Source: Chiloscyllium plagiosum (lineage: Eukaryota). From it: 64,000 nt of DNA. Below are positions 12,359 to 25,355 of the stretch, in pieces; within the stretch, counting starts at the first letter, position 1; each line of letters starts with the position of its first letter. Location of the stretch: positions 8,539 through 72,538 of the forward strand of contig NW_025215215.1 of assembly GCF_004010195.1 (NCBI RefSeq). The letters run 5' to 3'. Under the pieces are notes generated by a model. The model was not told where the DNA came from. It did no database searches and was given only the letters and a program-made list of their open reading frames with translations. Made by a program: the position numbers and the translations under genes.

Positions 12359-12985
12359 CATAGAACATAGAACATAGAAGAATACAGCGCAGTACAGGCC
12401 CTTCGGCCCTCGATGTTGCGCCGATCCAAGCACACCTAACCTATACTTGCCCACTATCCTCCATATGCCTATCCAATGCCAGCTTAAATGTCCATAATGA
12501 GGGAGAGTCCACCACTGCTACTGGCAGGGCATTCCATGAACTCACGACTCGCTGAGTAAAGAACCTATCCCTAACATCTGTCCTATACCTACCCCCTCTT
12601 AATTTAAAGCTATGCCCCCTTGTAATAGCTGACTCCATACGTGGAAAAAGATTCTCACTGTCGACCCTATCTAAACCCCTAATCATCTTATACACCTCTA
12701 TCAAGTCACCCCTAAACCTTCCTTTCTCCAATGAAAACAACCCCAAGTGCCTCAACCTTTCCTCATACGATCTTTCTACCATACCAAGCAACATCCTGGT
12801 AAACCTCCTCTGCACCCGCTCCAGTGCCTCCACATCCTTTTTATTACTCTTATCAAAGTGAATCACCTCACACTTAGCTACATTGAACTCCATTTGACAC
12901 CTTTCTGCCCAGTTCTGCAGCTTATCTATATCCTGCTGTAACCTGCCACATCCTTCCTCACTGTCTACAACTCCTCCGACTTTCG
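12358..12985 (-). mobile_element. Young CR1 LINE 3' end with (CATAGAA)n tail and internal deletion
   Basis: C-terminal part of ORF 12441..13214: TKVGGVVDSEEGCGRLQQDID...KCEVIHF / DVEALERVQRRFTRML...FFTQRVVSSWNALP. Confidence 0.93.
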
Positions 12986-14776
12986 TGAGGAATAAGAAAA
13001 TGATCAGGGAGTAGATAGGGCCGATCAGGGATAGCGGAGGGAACTTGTGCGTAGCGTCTGAGCAGATAGGGGAAGCCCGAAAGGAGATTTGTGCTTCGAT
13101 TTTCACCAAGCAAAGGGAACTTGTTGTAAATGAAAACTTAGAGGAGCTGGGCCAGATCAGTCTTGACCAGGTCAAGATTGATGAAGTTGATGTGCTAGAA
13201 ATTTTGGAAAACATTAAGATGGATTCGTCCCCAGGGCCAGACCAGATTTATCCTAAACTGCTCTGGGAAGCTAGAAAGGAGGTTGCTTAGTCGCTGGCAA
13301 AGATATTTGCCTCCTCACGCTCCACAGGAGTCGTACCAGAGATTGGAAGGAGGCGAATGTAGTTCTTTATTTCAAGAAGGGTAATAGGGAAGTCCCTGGC
13401 AATTAGAGACCAGTCAGTCTTACGTCTGTGGTCAGCAAAGTTTGGAAACATTCTGAGGGATAGGATTTATGACTCTTTGGCAAAGCATAGTATGATTAAA
13501 GGCAATCAGCATGGCTTTGTGAGGGGCAGGCCATGCCTCACAAATCTTATTTATTTATTTGAGGAGTTCGACGACAGTCGAGCAGTGGATGTGGTTCATG
13601 TGGACGTCAGCAAGGTATTTGATAGGGTTCCCCGTGGAAGGCTCATTCATAAAGTCAGTAAGTATGGGATACAGGGAGATTTGGCTTCTGGATTCAGAAT
13701 TGGCTGGTTGGCAGAAGGCAGATAGTGGTTGTAGATGGAAATTATTCTACTTGGAGGACAGTGTTGAGAGGAATCGCACAGGGCACTGTTCGTGGGCCTC
13801 TGCTCTTTGTAGTTTTTATAAATGACTCGGATGAGGTGGTTATGGGGTGGGTTGGTAAATTTGCTGATGACACAAAGGTTGGAGGTGACGTCGATAGTAT
13901 AGAGGGCTACTGTAGGCTGCGGCACGACATAGACAGGGTGCAGAGCTGAGCTGAGAAATGGCAGATGGAGTTCAACCTGGATAAATGCGAAGTGATGCAT
14001 TTTGGAAGGTCCATTCGAATCCTGAATATAGCATTAAATACGGGATTCTTGGCAGTGTGGAGGAACAGAGGGATCTGGGTGCGCAAGCGCATTGATCCCT
14101 CAAAGTTTCCACTCAAGTGGATAGCGTGTCAAGGAAGTATATGATGTTTTGGCTTTCATTAATAGGGAGATCGAGTGTAAGAGCCGCGAAGTTTTGCTGC
14201 AGCTCTACAAGTCCCTGGTGAGACCACACCTGGAATATTGTGTCCAGTTATGTACGCTCTACTATAGGAAAGATATTGAGGCTTTGGAGAGGGTGCAAAG
14301 AAGTTTTGTCAGGATGTTTCCTGGATTGGAGGGCTTGCTTTATGAAGAAAGTTTAAAGAGCTTGGACCTTTCTCTCTGGAGACAAGGAGGAGAGAGGAGA
14401 TCTGATCGAGGTGTACAAAATAATGAGTTGAATAGATAGAGTCAATACACAGAGACTTTTCCCCAGGGCAGGATTGACTAGTACGAGAAGTCATAGTTTG
14501 AATATATTAGGAGGAAGGTAAAAGGGAGACGTCAGAGGTAGGTTCTTTACGCAGAGAGTTGTGAATATATGGAATGCATTGCCAGCTCTGATGGTGGAAG
14601 CAAAATCATTGGGAACATTTGAGCGACTGTTGGGCATGCACATGGATAGCAGTGAGTTGAGGGGTGCGTAGGTTAAATTACTACATTTTACATTAGGATT
14701 AAATCTCTGGACAACATCGTGGTCCAACTTGCCCGTTCTGTGCTGTACTGTTCTATGTTCTATGTTCTATGTTCTA
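12986..14776 (+). mobile_element. CR1 LINE ORF2 (RT region to 3' tail), decayed
   Basis: SPGPDQIYP, QHGFVRGRPCLTNL, KFADDTKVGG and LVRPHLEYCVQ motifs in ORF fragments; (TTCTATG)n tail at 14750-14776. Confidence 0.93.
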
Positions 14777-14959
14777 TTTAGTATACTTAAAACAGACACA
14801 AATAAGTTTTGATTGACAAGGGGATCAAAGATTACTGAGAGGAAGCAGGAAAATGGGGTTGAAAATCTGTCAGTCGTGATCGAATGGCGGAGCAGACTTG
14901 ATGGTCAGAATGGCTTCATTTCTGCTCGTATAGTCTTGTGGCCTTATAATATTTCGGTC

Positions 14960-15277
14960 CTGGATGGCACGGTGGCTCAGTGGTTTGCACTACTGCCTCA
15001 CAGCATGAGGGAACTAGATTCAATTTCCTAACCTGCACAACTTTGAATTGTGACAGGGTGTTCCAGTTTCCTGTCACAATTCAAAGTTGTGCAGGTTAGG
15101 TGAACTGGCCATGCTGAATTGCCGATTGTGTTCAAGGATGTTGATGTTAGGTGCAATAGTCAAGGGTCTATATATAGTATTAGGGTAGAGAATGGGATTG
15201 CTTCGCATACTCTTTGGAGACTCAGTATAAATCTGTTGGACTGAAGGGTCTGTTTCCACACTGTAGGGATTCTAAGA
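14960..15277 (+). mobile_element. HE1-type SINE with internal inverted duplication
   Basis: tRNA-like head ggatggcacggtggctcagtgg and tail gggtctgtttccacactgtagggattcta; the 5' part of the V-domain is replaced by an inverted copy of downstream sequence (15027-15057). Confidence 0.85.
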
Positions 15278-15279
15278 AA

Positions 15280-16570
15280 ATGCAGGCTGCTGCAATGTTC
15301 CAATGAAGCACAACCCAAGCTCGAGTAACACCTCACTTTACACTTTGGTACGTGACAGTCTGTAGTAGTTAATATTCAATTCCATAAATTCACAGCCTGA
15401 ACCCATTTTGGCTGTTCTCCATTTTCCGTACACTCGCCCTCCTGGGCTCCCTAAGCTCGTGTCTTGTTTATGTTGCATTCAACAGATAAAATCATTTTCT
15501 AATATTTACACATTCATTTACACCTATTATATACCTGTATCTCTTTCACCACAATTTAAAGCCCATTTGTCTTTCACACTGGGCTTCCAAACACTCTTTC
15601 CCATCTCTTCCAAGATACTAAAGCGCTCACTTTCCAATCATTTACACGTCCAAAGAAGATTTACACTGGACTTGAAACATTAACATTGTTTCTCTGCCTC
15701 TGCAGATGTTGCCAGATCCACGGAGTTCCTTCAAAAATGAAAAGTTACAGAATACATTTTCAATATAGCTTACTAGGTGCATTGAGGAACAGTCACAGAA
15801 CCCGAAAGATTGCCTCTGCTTTCACTTCACAGATGCTGTCAGACCTGTCCGTGTCTTCAGCAAGTTCTGTTTTTGAACAAGTTTCAAACATGTGTGTCAA
15901 AGATGTTCACATGCCCTGTCCAACACGGAGAGTCATACACCAGGAAGCGAATGATGATACAAGGTATACAAATTCATTTGTTCTGAAACTACATAAGGCT
16001 GTCATCACCGACACTACAGAGCTTTAAAAAATGGTCATGGAGAGAAACAGGGAAACACATTCGCTTTAAAGAGAAGATGGCACTACTGGAGGGCAAAATA
16101 TCCAGGTGAACACGTTAAATGCTTTTGAAGAATGCGACAAATTGGAGGCATGGCATCATGAAGATACCCTAACAGGATGAGAATTTTTTTTAAAATGGAA
16201 GCGTTCCCACATCAGAAAGCGGGATAGGGCACTGTGTACAGGGGAGAAGGGTGACCGGGTTCTCGTGGGAATTGAGCAGAATTGTGTTGCAGATATTGCA
16301 GCTCAAACTGAGCATTCATGTGATGCTGCAAATTATAGCAGCTGTAGCAGCAGCAGCAGCAGTAGAATTGTATTAAACCACAATATAATCTCTCAGTCTA
16401 CCATTACCATGAAGCCGATCGCCGTTTCAGTGACGAGTGTGGGTGAACATGCTGTGGTCAGAACCGTGTGTACCTGAACCTGATGACAACCCATTCAAGC
16501 TACCGCACTTACTGCTTACATTAACAAACAGTAGAACTAACATCTGATAGAGCGGGCACCGTGACACCAA
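15280..16570 (+). repeat. Segmental duplication unit (PLE tail + unique DNA + L2-like piece), paralog of 19380-20745
   Basis: Colinear similarity throughout, e.g. gctgctgcaatgttccaatgaagcacaac / gctgctgcaatattccaaggaagcacaac and ccacatcagaaagcggg / ccacatcagaaaccagg. Confidence 0.85.
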
Positions 16571-16619
16571 GACTGTGACCATTTCTTTTAAAATGAATTA
16601 ACGGCTCTGATTTACTGCT

Positions 16620-17370
16620 GGCCTGTCTACTCTTAGCCTTATCTGTTAGAAAAATCCTTGTTCCTTTTGTTAGAGACGGTTCAGGAACTTCCCTCCTATT
16701 ACCATTTTGTTTACATAATTGAAATACTTACTGTGGCTTCCCCTGTGAGGAAAGATGTAAACTATAGGTGTAAATTGTCTGTCTGCTCCCTGTAGCCAAT
16801 TCTTCAGTCACACCCTCCAATTATCCTCAGTATACTTTCCTAATTAATATCAACTAAGATCACATACTCATCTTGGACTTTTTTATATGCTCGAAAAAGC
16901 TTGTGCTGCATGTTTTTTGTATTTCTTGCCAATTTACTACATCATGTCTTTTCCCACCTTTTCCTCGCTTTCTAGACTCATACAGTCATATAGCGCACAA
17001 ACAGGCCCTTTGGTCCAACTTTTCCATGCTGACCAGGTTTTCCAAACTAAACTAGTCCCATCTGATTGCATTTTGTCCAAATGCATCTAAACTTTTCCCA
17101 TTCATATGTTTGTCCTAACGTGTTTTAAATGTTGTAGCTGTACTTGCACCTCCCATCTTCCTCTGACAGCTCATTCCATATACACACATCATTCTCTGTG
17201 TGAAAACATTGACCCTTCGTCCATTATAAATCTTTGCTCTTTCACCTTAAACCTACACCTGCTATGATTGAATTCCCCCATCCCGTGGAAAAGACCTTGG
17301 CTGGTCACTCTATTCATACATCTCATGATTTTATAAACTTCTACAATGTCATCCCTCAACCTCCTACACG
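16620..17370 (-). mobile_element. Two CR1 fragments
   Basis: Old mid-ORF2 piece (16620-16970) followed by a 3' end with tail gactcatacagtcata (16975-17370). Confidence 0.7.
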
Positions 17371-17786
17371 CTATCTGACACTAACTTTACGAACAAGCAT
17401 TTAAAGGTAAGCACTGCAAATTTGAAACAGTATTCAAATGACAGGTAAATAACACTCAGCCCTTGCTTCGTACTGTGATTTGTTTTTCTCCATGTTATAA
17501 TGCTAAGGCAGCAGGAAATTGTTACGAGTACCAATAAGAGGTCAAACACCTGAAATGCTTTGTCCAAATGGGGTGATGATCTCTACAGTGAAAGCGCATC
17601 TCTGGCCTGAACCATGTAAGAAGGGGAATTCTTGTACCACACGGTTAGCAGAGTGAGATGAAGGCTGAGTATACTTTTTGAAATTTGGATCACATTGTGA
17701 ATTCAGTGCAAAGGGGGAGAGGTGTTTTCAATAAGGTTTACTCCGAGAAGGAAACTTTCCGGAGTGAGATGTGAGTGGGAGGTGTA

Positions 17787-18118
17787 GGGCGGCACGGTGG
17801 CACAGTGGTTTGCACTGCTGCCTCACAGCGCCAGAGACCTGGGTTCAATTCCCGCCTCAGGCGACTGACTGTGTGGAGTTTGCACGTTCTCCCCATGTCT
17901 GCGTGGGTTTCCTCCGGGTGCTCCGGTTTCCTCCCACAGTCCAAAGATGTGCAGGGTCAGGTGAATTGGCCATATTAAATTGCCCGTAGTGTTAGGTAAG
18001 GGGTAAATGTAGGGGTATGGGTGGCTTTCGCTTCGGCGGGTCGGTGTGGACTTGTTGGCCCGAAGGGCCTGTTTCCACACTGTAATCTAATCTAATCTAA
18101 TCTAATCTAAAAAAAAAA
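17787..18118 (+). mobile_element. Full-length young HE1-type V-SINE
   Basis: GGGCGGCACGGTGGCACAGTGG (A box), GGTTCAATTCC (B box), V-domain, CR1-like 3' end, five TAATC units then an A-run. Confidence 0.96.
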
Positions 18119-18419
18119 CAGCATGAATGGAGAGGCCGAGCCACACTGGGACCAGAGGCAAAGTGGCAGCATAAAACGCAGCTTGATGCTACTGCAGAGT
18201 AGGTAGGCTTGATCAAAGAGTTTCAGGTGAAGTGGTTAGGGACCATAATGTGAGAGAATGTACTCTGTAATTTGAGAGGAAGAACCTGGAATCAGAAAGG
18301 GGAGACGAGCAGGGAAGAGGATGGAGCAGCAATGGTAGGGTTTTCTTGGTGAGTAAATCAGGAAGCACAGCTGAAATTCTTACCTAACATCTACTTATGG
18401 TCTCTGAAATAAACATTAT

Positions 18420-19860
18420 AAATCTGGCCTTGCACTATTGCTCATCAATAGTATCATTGAGACCTTTTGTCAACAATGGGTAGTTCACCTTCTTATCGAG
18501 TTCTTCATCTTGAACAATTACTGAGCGATTTGGGATATCTGCTTGAATGTCTGCTCACGTATACTCACTGACCTTCCTCTGGGTCTATTTTCACATTCCG
18601 CTTCAGACCGGATGTGAGGCAGAAATCCTCAGATTAGATGCCTGGTTCTTTTCAATCATTCAGGGGAGATTTATGCCAGTGGCTGAACACATGATCAGCG
18701 GAAGCTGACTCCATTCTCCCAGTTTCTCGATCTCTGTTATTTTTGTTTGATGATGCCAGATTTCTGTAAGCTGCGTCTAATGTGGCCACCTTTTCCTTCA
18801 AACCAGAAATCCCCTAACTCTGGTGGACAGGGCCTTCAGCTGTCACTGTCCCACCCCCACGGTGTTGCCCTCAATCCATCCCCTTCATGCCAGAACAATG
18901 ATAGATTCCTCCTTGTCCACATCCCTCCTGCACTAGAATCCACATTCACATAAACATCTTACGCCATTTCCACCATCTCCAACAGGACAGCACTATCAAA
19001 CACATCTTCCCCTCCCGCCCACTTTCAGTATTTCACAGGGACCATTCCCTCTGTGTCACCCTCCATCACCCCGAACACTTCCCCACTCCCCCATGGCGCC
19101 TTCCCATGCAATTGCAGAAGTTGCAACACTTGCTCATTCACCTCTTCCCTCCTCATTGTCCACGGCCACAAACATACCTTCCAGGTGAAGCAGCATTTCA
19201 CTTGTAAAATTTTAATCTGCTCTCCTGTCATTGCTGCTCACAATGCAGTCTCTCTATATTGGCGAGACCAATCAGAGATTGCTTTAAGGAACACTCCACT
19301 CTATCTGTAGAAATAACCCCGATCCTCTCATTGCTTCCCATTTCAATAACCTAACTTGCTCTCGTGGTAACATTTCGGCCCTGGGCTGCTGCAATATTCC
19401 AAGGAAGCACAACACAAACTCGAGTAACAACTCGCTTTACACTTTCGTCGTTACGTCCTGTAGGAGTTAATGTACAATTTCACAACTTCACAGACTGACC
19501 CCATTATAACTGTTCTCCAGTTTCCGTACATTCTCCCTCCTGGTCTCCCTATGACCTTGTGTGGTTGTATCTTCTTTATCTTTCACTCAATAGAGAGAAT
19601 CCCTTTTCCCCATTCACAGCTTAATTTAAAGCTATTTCACATGATCTTCTCGTTCACCACTACTAAAAGCATGTTTACCTTTTGCCGCACCCTCTTTTAC
19701 CCTTCAACCCACTCCCCACATCTGTCAAGGGATTATAAAGCTTATTTTCCAATCCTTTTCAGTTCTGAAGAAGTGTCTTACTGGGCTTCAAACGCTAACT
19801 CTGTTTCTCTGTCTCTGCAGATGATACCAGACCTGTTGACTTTCTCTAGAACTGAATAGG
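18420..19860 (+). mobile_element. Penelope-like element (GIY-YIG type), decayed
   Basis: ORF 19053..19310 GAFPCNCRSCNTCSFTSSL...FQVKQHFTC is the Cys-rich linker before the GIY-YIG domain. Degenerate hammerhead AGTT-CTGAAGA...CAAA-CGCT-AACT at 19761-19800. Confidence 0.8.
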
Positions 19861-20559
19861 GTCAGAAAAAGTTATCAATTATACAAATAACTATGGATAC
19901 TGGAAATGAAAATGCAAAAATTGCTGGGGAAAATGGGAGCTTTGTAGAAGGGTAACGGGCCCTGAAAAAAAATATCTCTGCTTTCACTCCACAAGATGCT
20001 GCCAGAACTGGCGAGTTTCGTCAGCAATTTCTGTTTTTAAAAAAGTTCGATAGACGTGTGTTAAAGCTGCTCTAACGCCCTGTCTAATACGGAACGCCAT
20101 GCACTGGGAATTGACCAATAATGCAAGGTGCCCAAATTCCTTGATCTGAAATTGCAAAATGCTGGCATCACTGATACTGCAGAGCTCTTAATCATGGTCA
20201 GGGAGAGAAACAGAAGGAAACACATTCACATCAAACACAGAAGATGGCATTGGGGGAATGGAAAAGATTCAGATGCACATGTTCAGGGATTTGAGTAAAG
20301 TAACAAATTGGACGCGTGACATCAGGGAGAGACCCACAGCACAATGAGAATAGGAAAATTGAAGTGTTACCACATCAGAAACCAGGTTAAGACACTGAGT
20401 ACAGGGCTGATGGGTGAATGGGTCTTGGTGTGAACTGGGGGACAGTCAGTAGAATTGAATTGAACGTACTGGAGCTCAAAGTAGGATTCATGTGGTGCGG
20501 TATAATCACAGCAGCTGCAGAAATGTATTCAACTACACTTTGTAACATTTTCCCCAGGA

Positions 20560-21250
20560 TAATCCCTCAGCCTGCCATTACCATCAAACCGATTTTTGGT
20601 TCAGTGACGAGTGTGAGTGAACATAATAGGGTCGGAACCATGTGTAGCTAAACCTGATAATAATCTATTAAAGCTACCGCACTTGACTGGTTACATTCGA
20701 AACAGCAGAACTAACATCTGATACAGAGGACGAAATGATCCCAAGTCTAACAGATCTGATCGAAGTTCTGCAGTGCTGCCACATCCAGACGTAAATGTCG
20801 ATGGACTATTAAACAACTCACTGGAGGAGAGGACTCCATAAATATCACCATCCTAAATCACGGGACAGCCCGGTACGTCAGTGTAAAAGACAGGGTTGTA
20901 TTATCTGCACCGTCCTCAGCTAGAAGTGTTGAGTTCATCATCCACCTCACCCTCGCCATGCTGCCCGCAGAATCACAGATGCCAGTCTTTAATCGATCTG
21001 ATTCACTGCACGTGACATGAAGAAACAGCTGAACACAGTAGATATGAAAAAGGCAATGGGCCCTGACTCCATTCCTGCAATAGGACTGAAGAATTGTGCT
21101 GCACAACAAGCCGTGTCCCTGGGGAAGCTGTTTCATTCCAGATCCAACTCTGACATCTCCCTGGCAATGTGGACATTTACTCAGCTATGTCCAGTCCCAT
21201 AACAAGGGAATAACTACAGTCTGACCATTTACCATGCCCTGAGTCCCATC
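20560..21250 (+). mobile_element. L2/CR1-group LINE ORF2 fragment
   Basis: ORF 21017..21202 KKQLNTVDMKKAMGPDSIPAIGLKNCA (pre-RT GPD motif); related pieces at 16300-16570, 5290-5990 and 41270-41520. Confidence 0.75.
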
Positions 21251-21265
21251 GCAATAGTCACATTT

Positions 21266-21350
21266 GTGGGCTTATGCCCGAAACGTCGATTCTCCTGTTC
21301 CCTGGATGCTGCCTGACCTGCTGCGTTTTTCCAGCAACACATTTTCAGCA
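21266..21350 (+). mobile_element. PLE-derived hammerhead-tail mini-insertion
   Basis: gggcttatgcccgaaacgtcgattctcctgttccctggatgctgcctgacctgctgcgttttt...; retains stem II and GAAACGTC but lacks the CTGATGA box. Confidence 0.85.
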
Positions 21351-21800
21351 AATAATTCCCCAAGTTTACCAGTCTCTGAGTGCAGACATTTAGTCTCATC
21401 TCAACGCACTTTGGCCTGTCTGTACCCAACACTGTGAGCCCGTGTTTTGGACATCCCACACAGAGGAATTATCATCCCTGCTTCCAATCTGTCTCGCCAT
21501 GTCAGAGTTTTATATAGTTCACCCATTTTCCTAAACTTCATGGAATACAGGCACAGTCGCCCCAAACTCTGTTCCCACAACAAGCCTGTCATCCCAGAGA
21601 TCGGTCTGGTCATCCTTCGCTGCTCTCCCTAAATGTCAGGTTTGTCCTTTATTTGGTAAGGAGGCCAAAACTGCACACAATACTGCACAATGTTCAAGAT
21701 GGGGTCTCACCAAGGGCCTGTACAGCTGCAGTAAGACACCCTTACACCTGTACTCAAAACATCCTGAAATGAAGGTCAGCACACCATTCATTTTCAACAA
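21350..21800 (-). mobile_element. CR1 LINE 3' fragment
   Basis: ORF 21636..21923 contains VLLQLYRPLVRPHLEHCA. Confidence 0.85.
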
Positions 21801-22009
21801 AATTGTGTATTCCTGTGATAGCTGAGCCTGCTCTAACCCGAGTGGGAACCTTACAACAAGCTGATAAAGTGTGGCTACTACTGTACAGGGTCTTAATGAG
21901 ATCACTTCTGGAGTAATGTGCACAGATTAAATCTCCTCACTAAGAAAGGGTATTGGTATTAACTCAGATATTATTCCCTCAACTGATTTCTGCATTGAAG
22001 GTGTTAATC

Positions 22010-22325
22010 ATAGAATCCCTATAGTGTGGAAGCAGACCATTTGACCCATCGACTCCACGCTGATCCTCTGAAGGCCATACCATACAAACTCCACTCCCCA
22101 ACACCCTTCCCAACCCAATCTCTGCAACCTAACATTTTCCATGACTAATGGACCTAACTGGAACATCTTGGGACTTTGGGAGGAAACTGCAGTAGGCGAC
22201 AGGCACCCCTTGCAGGCACGGGGAAATGTGCGTTATCCACACAAACAGCGACCCGAGACTGAAACTGAACTAGATCTCTGGTGCTGGGAGGCAGCAGTGC
22301 TAACCACTGTGGCCAACGCAACCTG
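22010..22325 (-). mobile_element. HE1-type SINE, diverged
   Basis: catagaatccctatagtgtggaagcag tail and gaggcagcagtgctaaccactgtg head (both read on +). Confidence 0.8.
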
Positions 22326-23024
22326 CCTGCTCAATTCAACACTCGAAATGTGGCATAACCGCAGGGAGATTCCATAAGTCTCCCAACTTGTCATTGTGCA
22401 ACAGGATGAGGACAATGATATCTTGAGCGGCTTGGTCAGGAACAGGCTCAGGACATGCAAAACATCGAAGCTATAGTGTAGGAACACCAGGAGGACATTC
22501 AGCCCATCGTGAGTATAAAGCAGGAACAGAATGAGTCCAATCAGCCATCCATTCTCTCACACAGCAATTGGAGCCGATCTTTCACGGCCTCGTGCCCATT
22601 TCACAGGAATTGAAACGGACTGTCAAGGTTATTTAAAGGAAAGAACTTCGAATAACCAACTTCACTCGGGAATGGAAAGCTATGAGCAAACGATTGGGAC
22701 TGAAGACAAATTGTTCAAATCTGTTATTAAGGAATTAACAACAGGAGACTTTGAAAGTCAAACCACAATTCATCAAAGTCGACATGATTGCATTAAGGAT
22801 AAATCTTGTTTGAATGATTTTCCTAACTTTTTCGTATTAAGAAGTGTGACAAACAAGTTGAATATGGGGGATCTGAAAGATGTATTATATGTGGACTTCA
22901 AGGAGGCAATGCATAACATGCTTGACGAAAGATTAATATGCAAGACAAGAGCACATGGGATTGGGACAATTTATTTGCTTGGAGAAAAAAATGGTGAACC
23001 AATAAAAACCATGATATGGAGGTG

Positions 23025-23530
23025 CTAGCTTTGGACTGGGTTGAGTAAGGTCAATAATCGCATGGCACCAGGTTATACACTGACGGGTTTATTTGAAAAC
23101 ACAAGCTTTCATTGTCCTGCTCCTTCGTCAGGTGTTAGAGAGAGAAGACCTCAGGCACAAAATTTATTAGGAAAAGATGAAAGGCTTATACAACACATGC
23201 ACATGAATTTAACATATCTAAGATGGCTGCTAAATCTTAATTCGGTTAGAATGGAGATGCAGGTTTTAATTGATGAATATGCTAATTCCAGAGTTCCTTT
23301 CAACTCCTGCCTGGAGATACCTTCAGGTATTATCAATGTAAAGGAGGTGACCCTTCCAGTAAGACAACGTATTTTAGGCATGCGGTCTTGTTTGGGGTCT
23401 GTATGTGTCTTTACCTGGAATCAGACTGGGTTTATTTCCAAAGAAGGAGTTCATAAAATATCACATTGACTGACTGTCTACAAATTGTATATTTTTTGAG
23501 AAAATATAATGCATCTGGAAATAAAAGCCA
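23025..23530 (-). mobile_element. Penelope-like element 3' end with hammerhead remnant
   Basis: Minus strand AACAC-CTGACGA-aggagcaggacaat-GAAA-GC-TT-GTGTT at 23098-23136: 5-bp stem I intact, stem II broken. Confidence 0.72.
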
Positions 23531-25355
23531 GCAAATGGTATTTGAAGGGGAGAGGGAAAGGATGTATGTCTCCTCGTTAAAACACAGGCAGATTTAACAG
23601 ATCCCTTTCCCCACACACACTCTGTGGTTTCAGAGCTTCCCGTCTCTGCAGTCTCTGCTCCATTTGGTGTTCATGTTGCAGACGCAGATGCCGTAACTAC
23701 ACTCCCCATGCTCCATCCAGAGTTGAGTAATCAAATCCTCAGGTCTCCCTGAATGTCTGAGGCAGCTCACAGTACAACCTCCAGAAAACCATCCCAGGCC
23801 CCTCCACTAACCTTTCCATAACAGGAGTCAGTCAGAAGCCCCTCAACTCCAAGTAAGAGACCTGTTACTTGAGAATAATACTCGAGGGGTTTCCTCATGC
23901 GATGAACCGCAGAATCATGTAAGAGGGACAAACACAAGCTTTCAGTGGTCAGGCACAGACCAAGTTTCAAAGACGTGTCTCAATACTGCTGGGGCCCCCT
24001 TTCCAACTTGGAGAAGCAGCCCGTCACATGCCATTTCATTGTTCCTGAGCTTCACAAAGCCAGCACTCGATACACTCGGGAGCCAAAAAAACAACACCAG
24101 GGAAAGGTACAGAAAAACAAACAATTAATCAACTAATAACATGTTGTGAAAATAAGGATAAGGAGACAGGGGAGTGGGAGTAACTGGAGAAGTGAGACAA
24201 TGGTGGGTCTAATCACAAGAATGAGAGCATTCAATAAAATGATTGCCAGATCAGTTGAAATGGTTAGTCACATCAAATTGTGAATCTGCCTCACAGAACC
24301 ATCCCAGGCACCATAAACTGGGACAAGGGACCAGCCAGAATGGCAAGCTATGCACACCATGTTCGTGGACTACTCTATAAACTGTTCTACCTACCCAGCA
24401 AGGGGACCATTGCAAACCTTTGCCAGTATATTGCAACTAAACGTGCACTACAGAAATGTCTTGCACGGGAAGAATTGTAACCCATGCAGTGAGTGACAGT
24501 AAATGGGCTCCCACAAATGTATCTCTGTATCTCCACTGCCGAAATATAAGGCAAGAGATTGTTTGTGTGTGTGTGTGTGTTGGTGGCAGGAGATTTGTAA
24601 ATTGCTATTTGAGAGAGAATAGACATTGAGGAAATCAGCTGAAATGTGAACAACTGAAAGGGCTTTGTTTCATTAACAGATGGAGACTGAGGACCTTGTC
24701 ATAGACAGAGGTGACGACGTACTTGTGAATATTAAAGTAAAGGCTTTGCCAGACCCAACAACAATATAAAGCAATCCGTACAGGAATGATGGGATTTTGG
24801 TCTGCATTTAGAAAAAAGCCATGGAATACCGACTCAGATTTGGTTAAGCAGCAGCAGATCATTGGCTTTATTAAGACTGTTTTTCATAGCTGAAGGTTCA
24901 AACAGCAGATGGGATGAACCAGTGAAGTATAATCTGCAGTTGTCAATAGTTAAAATTAGGAATGGCCAGGATATAGTGTCAGTAATCAGCTTGTGGCCAA
25001 AGGGATCACCGTAGTTGTGACTCGTCTATTTCTGCCTCAGTTATTGGCCAGGGATGAGATGGAGTCAGAGGAAGGAAATGGAGTTTGCATCCAGAACAGA
25101 AGACATTAATCTCGAGGCTTTCAAGATTTAAATAGCAAGGGCAGTGATGCAATGCATCCTGGTTCATACCTGAAAGTGAGTAGGTCAACCAACAAGGCCC
25201 AGTGCCAGAACTAAAGAAGGAGAGAGAGAATGAACAAGTTCACTGTTGTTTGTTGTGGTTTGGATCGTGAATACTTACAGAGTAGAGTAAATGAAAAGAA
25301 CAGTAATATAGTCGCACATGGTTAATGCAAATAATATATCGACAGTGAAACTTAC

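Noticed and set aside
12441..13214. 257-aa ORF as a gene
   Set aside because: Chimera of the antisense of one CR1 and the deleted sense ORF2 tail of another.
17787..17860. tRNA gene
   Set aside because: The A/B boxes belong to the tRNA-derived head of a SINE that continues into the V-domain and LINE-like tail.
24140..24490. Possible Gypsy integrase 3' end with polypurine tract before TGTAAC (~24477)
   Set aside because: No recognisable integrase motif and no LTR end could be defined by eye.
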